Source: an uncultured Gemmatimonadota bacterium (GTDB taxonomy: Bacteria > GCA-2686955 > CAYMWF01). Taken from it: a stretch of DNA of 64,000 bases. The DNA is taken from assembly GCA_964394085.1 (NCBI GenBank), contig CAYMWF010000026.1:2696-66695 (forward strand), written 5' to 3'. Of this stretch, positions 10,317-19,225 are shown in pieces (within the stretch, counting starts at the first letter, position 1; each line of letters begins with the position of its first letter). The notes under the pieces are model-generated. The model did no database searches. It saw only the letters and a list, made by a program, of their open reading frames with translations, and was not told the origin of the DNA. The translations under genes were made by a program, and so were the position numbers.

Positions 10317-10334
10317 TTTTGTCACGTGACAAAA
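10317..10334. promoter_or_regulatory. 18-bp perfect palindrome TTTTGTCACGTGACAAAA (copy 1)
   Basis: Read directly. An identical 18-mer is at 30693..30710. It lies about 215 bp upstream of the beta-helix fragment start at 10548. Confidence 0.4.
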
Positions 10335-10547
10335 TCGGCATGACCGGGCAGCCCGCTCAATCACGCCCCGGACGGGACAACCCTCATGTCTTCCGGGTAA
10401 ACACGGAATATTGGAAACCCGGCCGTTTTTCGATTACAGGATTCGGCGGTATCGGGCTTACTTTTTTTCCGTTCCCGCCGATTGTTCGAGATCAGCATGC
10501 TGTGATGCCCGGCGAGGTTTCAAACCTGATAAAAAGGGGAAATTCCA

Positions 10548-10815
10548 TGAGGTATTTCTTTCCGGTAGTTTTCTGCCTTTTGATTCCGGCGATGCCCGGC
10601 TGCATGCAAAAACCATCCGCGTGCCGGACGTCGACACAGCAACGATACAGGAAGGAATGATCAAGGCGACGGACGGCGACACGGTGCTGGTTTCCGCCGG
10701 AACACACAGAGGCCCGGGAAACCGCGATCTGAATTTTTCCGGGAAGGCGATTACGGTGATCTCGGTCGATGGTTCTTCCGACACGGTCATCGACTGCGAA
10801 AATGCCGGCGGGTGA
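10548..10815 (+). pseudogene. Frameshifted N-terminal fragment of a right-handed beta-helix protein (paralogue of 10830..12500 and 51155..52333)
   Basis: The signal peptide plus lipobox (MRYFFPVVFCLLIPAMPGC) is in one frame. The mature sequence TIRVPDVDTATIQEGMIKATDGDTVLVSAGTH...VIDCENAGG is in the +1 frame, with the shift near 10610. This mature part matches the N-terminal module of the neighbouring beta-helix genes (PDDYSLIQEAIDAAENGDEILILPGTY / PGDFPTIQAGIDAAVDGDEVLIADGTF). The protein stops after about 60 mature residues. Confidence 0.5.
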
Positions 10816-10829
10816 GTTATTACTGGTTC

Positions 10830-12500
10830 TCAGTCCAGCCAGAGGAAATTGCCGGGGCCGCCGTATGCGCCCATGTCGGAACGCGTTCCGTTTCCATACC
10901 AGGGCGGCCAGTCGAAACCGTCACTGAGGAACGGGCTCCCGGCATCGATGCACGGCGAGGCGGGACGGAGAAGACAGGGATGGCCGTGATAGGTGACGAA
11001 ACGGGGATTCGCGTTTATATTGCCGAGGCCCCACCAGCCGCCCTGTACATCCGAGTAAGAGATGACGGGCAGGCCGCTCGCAACTTCGATTTCATCAGGA
11101 GAATCGCCCCAGATGATCGCATTCGTGAAAACCGGGAACGACTCGTCGGTGTAGATAGCGCCGCCCCCGTCTTCGGAGTAGTTGCCCGTTATCGTGCAGT
11201 TTTTGAAGCTGCTGTTGTCCTCCCAGCAGTTTATCGCTCCCCCTTGAGAGAAACCCATTGAACCTTCCGCTCTGTTGCCCGAGAAGATCGTATTCGTGAT
11301 CAGCGCCCCGGACCAGTAGTGGCAATAAATACCGCCTCCGAAGTAGACCGCCCGGTTTTCCGAAATCGAGCAGTTCTCTATCACCGGCTCCGACAGGCGG
11401 CAGTCGATGCCTCCGCCGTGTTCCGACGCGAAATTATCTCTGATATCACAGCGGCGGATAAGAAGACTCGAATCGTCCATATATACTCCGCCGCCGTCCT
11501 CCGCGGTGTTCGATTCGATGACGCAGTCGACTATCTCCACCGGATCCGATGACTGGAAGATGCATACGCCGCCGCCCTGGACTGCCGTGTTGCCGCTGAA
11601 TGTACAGTCTGTCATGTATACGGCTCCCCCGGCATGGAAATGAAAGCAGACGAGCCCCCCGCCCGAACCGTAATCGCCGGTCGCCGCGTTGTTTGAAATG
11701 CTGGAACCGGTAATGTCGAGAGAAGCGTCCCGCTGAAGGTAAACCCCTCCGCCCGAATTCGCGGTGTTCGAAGTGACCGTGCAGTCGGTCACGTCCGCCG
11801 AGCAGTCTATTCCGAGGTCGAGTCCTCCTCCAAGGACACCGATATTCCGGCTTATGATCGAATTCGTGATCGTGACGGACGAGTTCAACCTGCAGCAGAT
11901 CCCGCCTCCGTGCCCGGTTGCGCGATTCTGAGTAATCAGGCAGTCTTCGATCAGAGGTGAGGATCCTTCGCAGTAGATTCCACCACCATTCTCCAGGTCG
12001 AATATGCCCCCCGAAGCATTTTCCCGAATCGTGCATCCTTGAATCAAGGGTGACGAATCGAAACAGTATATGCCGCCGCCCAGCGAATCAGCTATATTCG
12101 AAACTATGGTGCATCCGACTATGGTCGGCGAAGCGCCGTCCACGAAGATGCCAGCGCCCTTTTTCAGTCTTCCGCCACCGCCGGTAACCATAACGTTGCT
12201 GAGGATGCTCCCGCTCCCTTCCCCGCTCCTCATCGCGAATACACGGCTCAACCCGCCGGCGTCGATTACGGTTTCACCCGCCGCTTCACCTGCTCCGCGC
12301 ACCGTGACCGCCTTGCCCATGTAGTCGATGTCGTATTCGAAGTAGGTTCCGGGCAGAATCAGGATTTCATCACCATTCTCGGCAGCGTCTATCGCTTCCT
12401 GAATGAGACTGTAATCATCAGGAACCGTGATCGTCGCCGCAGGCAGGAGCGAAGCAGCCGCCAAGACGAAAAAAATAATATAGAAGACATTTCGTTTCAT
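10830..12500 (-). CDS. Secreted right-handed parallel beta-helix repeat protein (pectate-lyase-like fold)
   Basis: 556 aa with a signal peptide (MKRNVFYIIFFVLAAASLLPA). There are more than 12 tandem roughly 22-aa repeats of the NxxxxGGGIxC type. The conserved C-terminal module ...YSDVQGGWWGLGNINANPRF...CIDAGSP...RSDMGAYGGP is shared with 51155..52333. Confidence 0.75.
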   Translation of the reverse strand: MKRNVFYIIFFVLAAASLLPAATITVPDDYSLIQEAIDAAENGDEILILPGTYFEYDIDYMGKAVTVRGAGEAAGETVIDAGGLSRVFAMRSGEGSGSILSNVMVTGGGGRLKKGAGIFVDGASPTIVGCTIVSNIADSLGGGIYCFDSSPLIQGCTIRENASGGIFDLENGGGIYCEGSSPLIEDCLITQNRATGHGGGICCRLNSSVTITNSIISRNIGVLGGGLDLGIDCSADVTDCTVTSNTANSGGGVYLQRDASLDITGSSISNNAATGDYGSGGGLVCFHFHAGGAVYMTDCTFSGNTAVQGGGVCIFQSSDPVEIVDCVIESNTAEDGGGVYMDDSSLLIRRCDIRDNFASEHGGGIDCRLSEPVIENCSISENRAVYFGGGIYCHYWSGALITNTIFSGNRAEGSMGFSQGGAINCWEDNSSFKNCTITGNYSEDGGGAIYTDESFPVFTNAIIWGDSPDEIEVASGLPVISYSDVQGGWWGLGNINANPRFVTYHGHPCLLRPASPCIDAGSPFLSDGFDWPPWYGNGTRSDMGAYGGPGNFLWLD

Positions 12501-12564
12501 CGAAGTACTCCTTTAGAAAAATGATAACTGCACTCCAGAAACGATGCAAGGAAGGGCTATGGAA

Positions 12565-15500
12565 TCAATCGATGTTTTCGGTGAAATCGGAGCCGCCGGC
12601 GCTCGACATGACGGTGACGGATGGGGGGCATTCGCCCACTCTTCTCTTGAATTCGTAGTAGTTTTTACTGCTTTTCCACGCCATTTCACCGATGTCGACG
12701 AGGGTGAGCGTCACTTCCGGCTGGGCGCTGCTCGTGGCTCTGACTATGAGCTGTCTCCAGAACTCCCTGTATTCCGCATGGATAATCGTTACCGCGTCAT
12801 GGGTCACGGCGACGCCGGTTTCCGAGAACCCGGTTTCGTTCTGCTGAGGGCTCCTGTCGCGCGCTTTCACCCGGTATCCGTATTCGGTATACGGTTCCAG
12901 GGCGCTGTCGGTGTAACTCGGGCTTTCCTGCCAGCCGCTGTGGTGCCCGGCGCCCGAAACGCACTCGAAATAGTATTCGACGCCGCTGGTATCGTATGCC
13001 GGCACGGCGGTCATGGTGACGGAGTCCGGAGCTGACGGATACGGCTCCACCTCCCATTCCATGGGATCGGGAAGCGGCGGATCCGTGTCCGGCTGGGCCC
13101 GGATAACCGTGAAGGAATCGATCACGGAGCCGGCGATATCCACGGCCCGCATATCGAGACGCGGTCCGTCAAACTCCAGCTCGCAGTAATGGTAGGCTCT
13201 CGCACACGAAACCAGATAGGGAGAGAACGGATCGCATCCGTAAAGGGGCGCGCCTCCACCCGCCGTCGTCACATACTGCACTCCGTCCACCTCGCACCTC
13301 GCGTAATAGTGATTGTGACCCGCGATCACCACCCGTACATCGTGAGCCACGCACAATGGATGGAGATATTCCTGCGCCTCCTCGTTGTTGGGGTGCCCTC
13401 CGCCCGCCGACCAGGCGGGTTCGTGGTACATCATCACTTTCCACGGTTTCGTGCTGGAAGCCAGGTCATCCGCCAGCCAGGCGTACTGGGCCGAGTCGAA
13501 ATCGTAGGGAGCATATTGATCGACCACGGCTATATGGACGGGGCCGAAATCGAAGGACCAGTAGAAATCGTTTACATACGGGTACGGCCAGTATTTCGCG
13601 TAGTTCGTCCCCATCCCGTCATGATTGCCCCTGCCGCCGTTCACGGGGAAATTTGAGTTGAGCCTGCGAACGTTCGCCGCCCTGGCATCGAAATGCTCGG
13701 TATCCCAGTCGGATTCAGTATCGCTGGAAGTCCAGTCCCCGCAATGGAGCAATAAGCCCGGCTCATCGGGAGCCGCGGCAATCGCATCCAGGATGCCGAC
13801 GGCCACGATGTCGTGCACCTCGGGGCAGGTGCGCGTATCACCGTAGCAGAAGAGGCGGGCGCCGCCGTCTCCTTCCCCGGGCGCCGCGCGGAATGAGCCG
13901 GTGAAGTCTGCCCCGGATCCGCCCACGGTCACGCGATAAAAATACCGCTCACCGCTCGTCAGGCCCTCGAAGGTGAAAGAATGCAGGTGATTCTCGGCAT
14001 TTTCCTCTTCCGTAGACGCCGACCCGTCCGAGTATGAAGCGTCCCGCCCCCATTCCAGAGTGCAGGATGCCGTTTCGTCAAGCTGCCATCGAACCGACAT
14101 CCCGGAGCTTTCACCCGGATAGAGAAGGTACGGGCCTTTACGGAGCACCGTGATATCCGCTACCGCGGCTTCGCCCTCGTAGGGGAGGAGATCCTGTCCG
14201 CTCACGGTTACCTCGAGGGCGTCCATCTCCGGAGCGATCTGGAAAAACGCGGCTCCATGTCCGTCGGTAAGCTCCTGGAGGTAGATGCCCTCCTCCAGGC
14301 TGCGCGCGCACACGAGCGCTTCCTCCACGGGCGTGCCGCCTTTGAAGACCCGCACCGCGAAGTCCTGCGGCGCCGGGGGAATCGTGTCGAAATAGCAGAC
14401 CAGCGCATCCGCGGGATCTGCAAGCCATTGCTCCATTTCCGGTTCCCCGAGAAGGTTCATTGCGCTCCACGTCAGTTTGTAATAGTCGTCCGAGGGGTAG
14501 AAACTGTTCTTCGAAGTCGCAAGCGCCAGACCCAAGTTGCGGCACTCGTCGGCGAAGACCGAACTCATGTATTCGCGATCTAGAAGGAAGGAATATGCGT
14601 TCGTGGAACCGGGGATATACCACCCGGTATGAGAGCTGCCGATGAACGACACCCCGCCCCCGTTTTCGGCGAGCAGATACTCCTCGCCGAAACAGTCGTC
14701 CATCTGGAAAGAGTTTGAAAACGGGCTCAGGGAGAACATGTTCCCGAGCCTGCCGCCGTTCGAAAGCGACCGGATGTCCGAAATATAAATATGAGTCCCA
14801 TGGTTGAGCCTGCCCGCCCCGATGGCGAACGGGGACCCGTGATCCGCGTGATTGACGAAGTTTGGACCCGCCTCGAGTACGGCGAGAGCCTCCATGCGGT
14901 GAGAACCGGGATCACTGTCGAACACCTCTGCCACGCCGAAGAACCAGGGGAGATTTTCATTGTGGAAATCGCTCATCATGTTCTCGGCGAATGTCGCCTG
15001 ATCCACGTCGAATCCCAGCAGCAGGGCGGTGGCGCCGAAATCGGCCGGCGGGTTCTTCTCGTAGTCCAGCACCTTCCCGGCGAAAAGAGCGGCTTCTCCC
15101 ATCGTCTCCACGGGCGCCCTCCCCACGAACACCTCTGATATCCAATCGTCGTCGATGTCGCTGTAACTGCCGTCGGTGGACACGTACTTGCCGGCGAAGC
15201 TGACGGTATTACACGGAAGCAACCCCGCGTCTCCGCCGAGAAGAACCCAGGCGGTTCCCCAGTGCACATGGGCGTCGGAGATGAAACCGCGAAGCTTCTC
15301 CTGGGGAGTTCCCGAGTAGGCCGTATCGATCCAGGAAGTAACGATCACCGTATCGGGCACGCCTTTCTTCAGGTGCCAGGCGACCAGCTCATCCCAGGCT
15401 GACGCGAGATGATCCGGCGTGACGATCACGTGTTCGTAACACCCGGACGAGAGAGAACCGTTCTCCTCCCCGCCGGGGTACGGGGGAAGGCAAACGGCAT

Positions 15501-16215
15501 CAGGATTGATTACCGCCTTCGAAAGCATGCTTTCGTACAACCGGCGGGCGCGCCCAGTGAAGTTGCAGGGCCGAAGCGCTTCAGCCTCACCATCGGACCA
15601 CAGGATTTCGAACTCGACCGATTCAACTATGCGTATCCGGGCAAGGGCGGGGTCGTACTGGACCGGATAGAACCGGAGGGTGAGGAAACGCTGCCCGGCC
15701 AGGTCCCATTCCGCTACTGTCTCGATTACTGTTCCGGGATACTCGGCCGCGAGCTTCCGCGCCGACCAGCCGGAACGGTCGGAACGGTCGGAACGGTCGG
15801 AAGCAGAGATCAGGTCCGCGTCGCTTCTGTCAAGGGGTTCGGGAAATTTTACCGGTACCGGGTTGAAGGATCCGGCCACATCCCTGGAGACCACGGATTC
15901 CACGGAAACGGCCGCGTTCACCGCATCCTCCGGCAGCGCCGCCACCAGGTCCCGGCAGGGCAGCGCCGGGAAACCTGGTTCAGTGGTGTGGGTCCAACCG
16001 CTCAGCTCGACGATGTCGCCTTCTCCGGTTCTGAGGATCCGCAACTCGTCGACCGGCGCATCCACGGAGTGGCGGGAGACGCCGCCGGCAGCCGAGATTG
16101 GGAGACTAAGAACGGCTGCCAGGAAGAAAGCTCGGACATATCTATTGCGAATCACGTTGGTTCCTTGCGGGAGGGACCTCGTTCTGACCACACGGCAGTG
16201 TGGATTGTTGTTCAT
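12565..16215 (-). CDS. Very large secreted multidomain protein: peptidase C25 (gingipain-like) domain fused to a purple-acid-phosphatase-type metallophosphoesterase with FN3-like domains
   Basis: 1216 aa with a signal peptide (AFFLAAVLSLPISAAG). An alternative GTG start at about 16155 has AAGGAA 6 nt upstream. The C25-like block reads GTAWVLLGGDAGLLPC...DIDDDWISEVFVGRAPVET...YEKNP. The metallophosphoesterase motifs are GDTR, GDW, GNHD and GHNHYY, preceded by a PAP-type N-terminal FN3-like domain. A second FN3-like domain sits near the C-terminus. An in-frame SDRSDRSDRS tandem lies near 15770. Confidence 0.7.
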   Translation of the reverse strand: MNNNPHCRVVRTRSLPQGTNVIRNRYVRAFFLAAVLSLPISAAGGVSRHSVDAPVDELRILRTGEGDIVELSGWTHTTEPGFPALPCRDLVAALPEDAVNAAVSVESVVSRDVAGSFNPVPVKFPEPLDRSDADLISASDRSDRSDRSGWSARKLAAEYPGTVIETVAEWDLAGQRFLTLRFYPVQYDPALARIRIVESVEFEILWSDGEAEALRPCNFTGRARRLYESMLSKAVINPDAVCLPPYPGGEENGSLSSGCYEHVIVTPDHLASAWDELVAWHLKKGVPDTVIVTSWIDTAYSGTPQEKLRGFISDAHVHWGTAWVLLGGDAGLLPCNTVSFAGKYVSTDGSYSDIDDDWISEVFVGRAPVETMGEAALFAGKVLDYEKNPPADFGATALLLGFDVDQATFAENMMSDFHNENLPWFFGVAEVFDSDPGSHRMEALAVLEAGPNFVNHADHGSPFAIGAGRLNHGTHIYISDIRSLSNGGRLGNMFSLSPFSNSFQMDDCFGEEYLLAENGGGVSFIGSSHTGWYIPGSTNAYSFLLDREYMSSVFADECRNLGLALATSKNSFYPSDDYYKLTWSAMNLLGEPEMEQWLADPADALVCYFDTIPPAPQDFAVRVFKGGTPVEEALVCARSLEEGIYLQELTDGHGAAFFQIAPEMDALEVTVSGQDLLPYEGEAAVADITVLRKGPYLLYPGESSGMSVRWQLDETASCTLEWGRDASYSDGSASTEEENAENHLHSFTFEGLTSGERYFYRVTVGGSGADFTGSFRAAPGEGDGGARLFCYGDTRTCPEVHDIVAVGILDAIAAAPDEPGLLLHCGDWTSSDTESDWDTEHFDARAANVRRLNSNFPVNGGRGNHDGMGTNYAKYWPYPYVNDFYWSFDFGPVHIAVVDQYAPYDFDSAQYAWLADDLASSTKPWKVMMYHEPAWSAGGGHPNNEEAQEYLHPLCVAHDVRVVIAGHNHYYARCEVDGVQYVTTAGGGAPLYGCDPFSPYLVSCARAYHYCELEFDGPRLDMRAVDIAGSVIDSFTVIRAQPDTDPPLPDPMEWEVEPYPSAPDSVTMTAVPAYDTSGVEYYFECVSGAGHHSGWQESPSYTDSALEPYTEYGYRVKARDRSPQQNETGFSETGVAVTHDAVTIIHAEYREFWRQLIVRATSSAQPEVTLTLVDIGEMAWKSSKNYYEFKRRVGECPPSVTVMSSAGGSDFTENID

Positions 16216-16332
16216 TCACTCCCGAAAAATATAACCCCGCTATTTCATTAGCGCAATCAGGTATAGTGTAACGCCGGATAATATCAAGGGCGCGAATCGC
16301 CTTCGCGTCAAAGCGTTGCGGAGTCGCTTCGC

Positions 16333-17709
16333 TCATGCGGCAGGTGAGACCAGGATCCGGTGTGAACCGGGTGAATCCGGGGTCCATACCTCGAGGATTC
16401 CCGTATCGCCTTCATACTCGAAGCTCCAGGAGCCTGCGGGGTCGGAGCACTCGACCTCGATCCCGTCCGGGTAGCGGCGCTCGCCGGTCGTGTAGATTTC
16501 AGTGGGACCGGTTACGCCCTCAACACGGTCGAACTCCACGTACAGCTCATTCCGGTTCGTCGAATATGACATTTTCACGGGATCACCAGCGATACGCCGG
16601 GCATAAGGACGCACGAGATATTGCAGCTGGAGACCCTCCTCGCCGTTATCCTCGATAACTCCGAATCCGTGGCTGGAGCCGTAATCGTAGCACCAGTATG
16701 TCCAACCGGCCAGACGCCCGTCGAGGATACGGAGTATGTCGTTGAGATACTCACCCATCCCCTCGGTATCGCCCATGACTCCGAACTCGCCCAGGATCCA
16801 GGGAACCTTCGCCAGGTTCGCCTCGCTGTCCCGCCGTTTCATGGTGAGGCGGATGTTCCAGGAGTTGCCGAGGTAGGGCAGGCCTTCATGGACGAGCGGA
16901 TGGTAGTAGTGAGGAGCGTACGCCAGCCCTTCCCTGGGAAGGACGCCGAGCCTGGATTTCGAGCCCCAGTTGGTCGTAACGTGCGGCTCGTAGAAAACGA
17001 GCTGGTCGGGTGCTACCTCCCTGATCGCGTCGATGACCCCTGTGTAGAATCTGTCGAGGTAATTGAACTCGAAATTCCGCGGCAGGATCTCTCCGCAGAA
17101 CGGCTCGTTCAGGATTTCGAAACCGAGCACCGCGGGATGGTCTGCGAAACGGGCCGCCACATGCGCCCAGGCGTTCTGGAAGTGCTCCTGAAGCACGTCC
17201 TCGGTCCAGAGGCTGGTGAAGGCGCGCCGGACGGCGGGCCACATGTAGTTGAGCCACCAGGGTTCGATGTAGTCGTAGTAGAGGCCGTCGTCCCAGGCGG
17301 CCCAGTCCGGAGCGCCGTCTCCGCCGTACTTCGGGCCGTATATGTCCTGGTGCATGTCGAGAATAACGAACAGACCGAGCGAATCGGCCCAGGCCACCCG
17401 CTCTGCGACTTTGTCGAGGTATTCCTCGTCGTAGACCCCCGGTTCGGGCTCTATTGCGTCCCAGAAGATCAGATACCGGACGGCGTTGAAGCCCCAGTCG
17501 GTCTTCATCCGCTCATAGTCCCCGAATTCATGCCATGAAATGCGGTCGGGAGCCCACTTGGCGGCATTCGAGATATTGATGCCGTGAAGGATAATCGCCC
17601 TTCCGTCGTCGTCGCGGATCCACACCTCGGAAGCGTTGCATGCGCCGGCGAAAACCGCTGCGGCTATCACCGGAATCACAATAGTCATAAGTATGTCTTG
17701 AAGTTTCAT
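16333..17709 (-). CDS. Secreted glycoside hydrolase family 5
   Basis: Signal peptide MKLQDILMTIVIPVIAAAVFAGA. GH5 hallmarks are FNAVRYLIFWDAIEP, HQDIYG and the catalytic GFEILNEP (NEP acid/base), with the nucleophile glutamate in the ILGEFG region. Confidence 0.8.
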   Translation of the reverse strand: MKLQDILMTIVIPVIAAAVFAGACNASEVWIRDDDGRAIILHGINISNAAKWAPDRISWHEFGDYERMKTDWGFNAVRYLIFWDAIEPEPGVYDEEYLDKVAERVAWADSLGLFVILDMHQDIYGPKYGGDGAPDWAAWDDGLYYDYIEPWWLNYMWPAVRRAFTSLWTEDVLQEHFQNAWAHVAARFADHPAVLGFEILNEPFCGEILPRNFEFNYLDRFYTGVIDAIREVAPDQLVFYEPHVTTNWGSKSRLGVLPREGLAYAPHYYHPLVHEGLPYLGNSWNIRLTMKRRDSEANLAKVPWILGEFGVMGDTEGMGEYLNDILRILDGRLAGWTYWCYDYGSSHGFGVIEDNGEEGLQLQYLVRPYARRIAGDPVKMSYSTNRNELYVEFDRVEGVTGPTEIYTTGERRYPDGIEVECSDPAGSWSFEYEGDTGILEVWTPDSPGSHRILVSPAA

Positions 17710-17832
17710 GAGCACTCTCCATCCTTTTCAAGGCGTCCGGAGCCCTGAAAAATGTCCGTCGTATGCAGTATACAGTATAGCATACAAATCAACAGGAGAA
17801 GAGCCGGACTTTAAAAATTGAAGAATCCGCGG

Positions 17833-19134
17833 TTAATAAACGTAACCCAGGCTTTTGAGCCGTTCGAGATACTCCGGTTCCGCTCCGGGCGCGCTTGTCT
17901 GAACCCGCTCCACAGGGACGGTATCATAAGTCGGAATCGACTTTACGGGAGGAGTCCCGACGAATGGGCCCGGCGCTCCCTCCATGTCGTCAGCCACGGG
18001 CAGTCCCATCCAGCGCAGAACCGTGGGCGTGACATCTTCGGCCTTAATCGACTGCGGCTCCAGCCGCGGTGTGATATCCCGGCCCCGGGCGAGAAAAACC
18101 CCTTTCGCCGCTCTCTCGGTTTTATGGGTGCCGGTAAGGTAGGGTTTGGGCATGCCGGCTTCGAATCCGTGATCCGACAGGATGAACACCAGGTCGTTCG
18201 TGCCGTAGTTCTCCAGGAGCCTGCCGATCAGGGCGTCGGTGTACCGGTAGTAGTTGCGGAGGGCGGCGGCGCCTGCTTCGCGCTGCTCCGGGGTCGAGCG
18301 GAGGTGCCCGGGGTAACGCTCTTCAGGTTCGAGGGTCCCCCAGAGGTGGTGGGAGACGCGGTCGATGCCGGGAAGCAGTATCATCATCAGGTCAGGCCGA
18401 TGCTCCTTCTCTACGGCCAGCGCCATGCGCACCAGCGCATCATCCTCGGCCGTGCGACGGGTGAGCTTTTCACCCGACTCGCGGTTCCAGGGCGGAAAAT
18501 CCTCGCTCCCCGCCAGGGGATCGGGAAAATCCGTTGCGCGGATTGTCGAGTTGAATAGTGAAGTAAGACGCGATGTCCATTCTTCGGGATATATGATCGG
18601 GCCTTCCGGCGGAGCCCCGGCTCCGACCGTTTCCCTGATGGCGGTCACCGAGGCCGGCAGTACGTGATCGGAAACCATGACGCCGCGTATTTCCTCCGGA
18701 GGGTACGTATTCCAGAAGTTTATCACCGCGACTTCGAATCCCGCCCCGGAAACGATGTTCCAGAGTGCATTCGTCTTTCGATCGGTGCTGAGGTATAACC
18801 GCGGCTCTCCGGCGCCCGCTTTGTATGCAAAACCATGTATTCCGTGCGCTTCAGGGCTTTTACCGGTGGCTACAGTGTTCCAGATACGCGGCGATGTAAG
18901 GGGTTTGGCGGCGATCAGATGCCCCGAGACTCCTTGCAGGGTGACAGCCTCGAGGTGGGGGAGTTTCCCCTCCGCCAGCAGTGGAACCATGACCCGGGAG
19001 GATGCGCCGTCTATACCGACGAGTAAGACCCTCCCTTCCGGTCCCGTCCTCTTGCCGCACCCCTGGAAAACAACCAGGGCGGCAAGGCATAGAACCAGCA
19101 AACGGGAATAAATGAGCAAACTCTTTGATCGCAT
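17833..19134 (-). CDS. Alkaline-phosphatase-superfamily lipoprotein (type I phosphodiesterase / nucleotide pyrophosphatase-like)
   Basis: Start at ATG-19134 has AGGAGG 5 nt upstream. N-terminus MRSKSLLIYSRLLVLCLAALVVFQGC is a lipoprotein signal. Core metal-site motifs LLVGIDGASS, TSPRIWNT...HG and ILSDHGF fit the AP/NPP fold. The longer 604-codon ORF-track reading frame lacks both an RBS and a signal peptide. Confidence 0.65.
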   Translation of the reverse strand: MRSKSLLIYSRLLVLCLAALVVFQGCGKRTGPEGRVLLVGIDGASSRVMVPLLAEGKLPHLEAVTLQGVSGHLIAAKPLTSPRIWNTVATGKSPEAHGIHGFAYKAGAGEPRLYLSTDRKTNALWNIVSGAGFEVAVINFWNTYPPEEIRGVMVSDHVLPASVTAIRETVGAGAPPEGPIIYPEEWTSRLTSLFNSTIRATDFPDPLAGSEDFPPWNRESGEKLTRRTAEDDALVRMALAVEKEHRPDLMMILLPGIDRVSHHLWGTLEPEERYPGHLRSTPEQREAGAAALRNYYRYTDALIGRLLENYGTNDLVFILSDHGFEAGMPKPYLTGTHKTERAAKGVFLARGRDITPRLEPQSIKAEDVTPTVLRWMGLPVADDMEGAPGPFVGTPPVKSIPTYDTVPVERVQTSAPGAEPEYLERLKSLGYVY

Positions 19135-19225
19135 ACGACCTCCTGGAAACCGCCCGCCCTCCGGCAGACACTCTACCGGGATGGAGGACTGCTTGTCACG
19201 TGCTTCCAGCTTCATTTTCTCGATT

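Noticed and set aside
16621-17538. 305-aa plus-strand ORF inside the GH5 locus
   Set aside because: It is antisense to a gene with the GH5 NEP catalytic motif and a signal peptide. It is a shadow ORF.
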